Shown here: positions 62,071 to 64,000 of the stretch, piece after piece
Numbering within the stretch: position 1 is the first letter of the stretch
Layout of the letters: each line of letters begins with the position of its first letter
Source: an uncultured Clostridia bacterium
GTDB lineage: Bacteria > Bacillota > Clostridia > Oscillospirales > Ruminococcaceae
DNA length: 64,000 nt
Direction of reading: 5' to 3'
NCBI GenBank assembly: GCA_947625375.1
Contig: CANQOC010000005.1
Span: forward strand, 45,630 to 109,629
The notes under the pieces: generated by a model
The model's input: the letters and a program-made list of their open reading frames with translations, nothing else
Database searches by the model: none
What the model was told of the DNA's origin: nothing
Position numbers and translations under genes: made by a program

Positions 62071-62451
62071 ATGGATTTCAAAACCGCGGTCACAAGCGTA
62101 CTGAAGACCAACTACGCCAACTTTAACGGAAGGGCAAGGCGCAGCGAATACTGGTACTACACCCTGTTTACCATCATCGTCGAGCTCGTCCTCACCGTCA
62201 TTCAGAAGCTGACGTCGGGCGTACCCGTTGTCGGCCTGATTGTGAACATTCTCATCGTGATAATCGGCCTTGCGCTCTTCATTCCCGGCCTCGCCCTCTG
62301 TTTCAGAAGGCTTCACGACACCGGCCGCAGCGGCATCTGGATTCTTATCGGACTGATTCCGCTCATCGGCGAGATTATTCTCATCGTCTTCTTCGTCCAG
62401 GACAGCCAGCCCGGCGACAACAAATACGGCGCCAACCCCAAAGGGGTATGA
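62071..62451 (+). CDS. DUF805-family inner-membrane protein
   Basis: GRARRSEYWYYTLF signature, TM helices and RRLHDTGRSGIW. The ATG at 62071 follows SD aaaggtga. Confidence 0.88.
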   Translation: MDFKTAVTSVLKTNYANFNGRARRSEYWYYTLFTIIVELVLTVIQKLTSGVPVVGLIVNILIVIIGLALFIPGLALCFRRLHDTGRSGIWILIGLIPLIGEIILIVFFVQDSQPGDNKYGANPKGV

Positions 62452-62498
62452 CGGAAAGCGCTCCGAGAGGAGCGCCCCGATAAAACAGATATGTTTTC

Positions 62499-62532
62499 CG
62501 AACCGATGTATCACTGCATCGGTTCGTTTTTT
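62499..62532 (+). terminator. DUF805 gene terminator
   Basis: 10-bp stem cgaaccgatg / catcggttcg followed by tttttt. Confidence 0.8.
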
Positions 62533-62762
62533 ATGACGGCGAAAGCGTATACATAAGCATTATTTCCTCCTACGCGCGGCGTGAGCGGTGATGCCCGAAA
62601 AAGGCATAAAAAGCGTCACAAGCGATACAAAGCTTGCGACAGGGGTCCCCGCAAAGCGAAGCTTTGTGGGGAAAAAGCCGGAGCGACGGAGCGAGTGAGA
62701 GGCGGCATTGAGTGCGTAAGCATGAAAATGCCGTCGCGAACGATACGAAGTCCGCGACGGCT

Positions 62763-62818
62763 TGGCGGAGAGGAAGGGATTCGAACCCTTGTGCCTTTTG
62801 GGCAAACGGTTTTCAAGA
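62763..62818 (-). pseudogene. Truncated tRNA-Ser(UGA) 3' fragment: putative att site of an integrated element
   Basis: The reverse complement CTTGAAAACCGTTTGCCCAAAAGGCACAAGGGTTCGAATCCCTTCCTCTCCGCCA covers the anticodon loop, long variable arm, T-arm, acceptor 3' strand and CCA. No matching 5' acceptor or D-arm is found upstream. Confidence 0.7.
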
Positions 62819-63070
62819 CTTTTCGGTTATTCGGAAGTTAAAGTAAGTTGACCGAAATCAGTTTAAGATAAGCAACCCGTAAAACCGCTTGTATAAGCGC
62901 TTTGCAAGGTCTGATTATCCGAAAAGCCTTTAAAATCGGGCGTTTGCAAGGTCGGCTCGAAAACAGCATTTTGGGGGAGAAAAATGCACGTTGGAGAGAA
63001 AAAGGAGAGAAAACAGGAGAGAAAAGTGATAACCTTGCCATGCTGATTTTAACGATAGGAGTTATCACTT

Positions 63071-63673
63071 ATGAGAGAAAATAAAAGGCTTTTCAATCAG
63101 CTCCGTTCTGAATATCCCAACGGACTGTCTAAGGAGCAATTTTACAAAATCGCGCATATCAGCAAGGCTACCGCCCGTTATCTTCTTCAAAGCGGCAAGG
63201 TTCCGTGCAAGGACACCGGCAAGAAAACGCGCTGCTATCTAATACAAGTCGAAGATGTGATTTTTTATCTGCAAGACCGCGAGGCACACCCGGACAAATA
63301 TTTGGCGATTGACGGTTGGTATTCCGCAAACTCTAAAGTTCGGAAAGACTTTATATCATACCGTCAAGAGCTTCGCAGGATCAGCAAGAAACAGGTCAAG
63401 AAGCTCAAAGAGCATATCGAAACTCAGACAGACGAAGTCGGCGACCTGCTGAACATCAAAATAATCAGCAAGGTCACCGGATACAGCTGCTCTTCAATTT
63501 GCAGATGGTGCGAAAGCGGGAGACTCCGCTCCTTCAGAATCTCAGGGGCATATAATGTACCGAAAGAATGGCTCGTTGAGTTTTTGATTTCGGAATACGC
63601 GAGCGAGATAGTGAGAAAGTCAAAGCGGCATCTTGAAATGATAAGGGAGTTTTTGGCGAAAGAAAACTGCTGA
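63071..63673 (+). CDS. Helix-turn-helix (excisionase-family-like) DNA-binding protein
   Basis: Two HTH-like segments (YKIAHISKATARYLLQSGKVPC; SKVTGYSCSSICRWCESGRLRSFRISGAYNVPKEWLVEFL). Confidence 0.55.
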   Translation: MRENKRLFNQLRSEYPNGLSKEQFYKIAHISKATARYLLQSGKVPCKDTGKKTRCYLIQVEDVIFYLQDREAHPDKYLAIDGWYSANSKVRKDFISYRQELRRISKKQVKKLKEHIETQTDEVGDLLNIKIISKVTGYSCSSICRWCESGRLRSFRISGAYNVPKEWLVEFLISEYASEIVRKSKRHLEMIREFLAKENC

Positions 63674-63836
63674 AATCGGACAGGATTTTGTCAATGATGA
63701 TACTGTAATCTAACAAAAAATCAAGACACGTGCCACAAATAGCCTTGACAAGTTCAGAAAAATGTGATATAATAACCCCGCTTACGATTGTATCGCGCAC
63801 GGATGTTTATATATTTCATTTGGAGGCTTTTCAATA

Positions 63837-64000
63837 TGGCAAATGACAGAACAAGTAGATTTAAAATCGGGGACATTGTAGTCTTAACACACTCCACATG
63901 TGGATTGCTTGAAAATATGAAAGTGGTTGTCAAAAAAGCTACGAAGGATAACGATGAAAAAATTGAAGTTGAGACATTTTGCGGACCTGAAGTTGAGGCA
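63837..64000 (+). CDS. Hypothetical protein, N-terminal part (3' end outside window)
   Basis: SD ggagg lies 8 nt upstream of the ATG. MANDRTSRFKIGDIVVLTHSTCGLLENMKVVVKK... is open to the window end. Confidence 0.4.

Larger units (their letters stand above)
62819..64000. mobile_element. Left end of an integrated element (continues beyond the window)
   Basis: Begins at the tRNA-Ser fragment. GC is lower than the core genome, and the first gene encodes an excisionase/HTH-like protein. Confidence 0.5.

Noticed and set aside
62047-62514. 155-aa minus-strand ORF
   Set aside because: It is antisense to the DUF805 gene, which has the family signature and a proper SD and terminator.

Overview
About 64 kb of a high-GC Firmicutes/Clostridia-like chromosome (roughly 58-60% GC from hand counts on a few 60-nt lines). 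All coordinates were located by eye and may be off by a few nt. Most of the window is housekeeping: rplJ-rplL, pgsA-rimO-recX-recA, prmC, a two-component system, hicAB, pspA, T-box-controlled alaS, recG, flavodoxins, citrate synthase, metY-metA, murA, rlmH, two GH5 cellulases, rpmG-secE-nusG-rplK-rplA, greA, lysS and tRNA-Glu/tRNA-Met. Five things stand out. (1) Two arrays hold 15 small genes in total (40.4-43.4 kb on the minus strand, 52.6-54.5 kb on the plus strand). Their products carry double-glycine or Nif11-type leader peptides followed by unusually long, diverse, mostly Cys-rich cores. Both arrays sit behind the same promoter architecture: phased TGACG-N5-GACAC direct repeats about 21-22 nt upstream of an extended -10. 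No exporter, maturase or immunity gene is visible in the window. (2) Roughly 4-5 kb of intergenic DNA consists of mosaic blocks of hairpin modules that recur at several loci, with conserved loops and compensatory (covarying) stem changes. (3) A dispersed family of purine-rich TAGAGG/ATAGAAG tracts marks gene boundaries, brackets small cassettes in inverted pairs and supplies stop codons to at least three genes. (4) A low-GC island (57.2-62.0 kb) carries an XRE regulator, a C5 DNA methyltransferase, an atypical nuclease-less helicase, DUF3846 and a primase remnant. (5) A truncated tRNA-Ser 3' fragment marks the edge of another integrated element that runs off the right end of the window.
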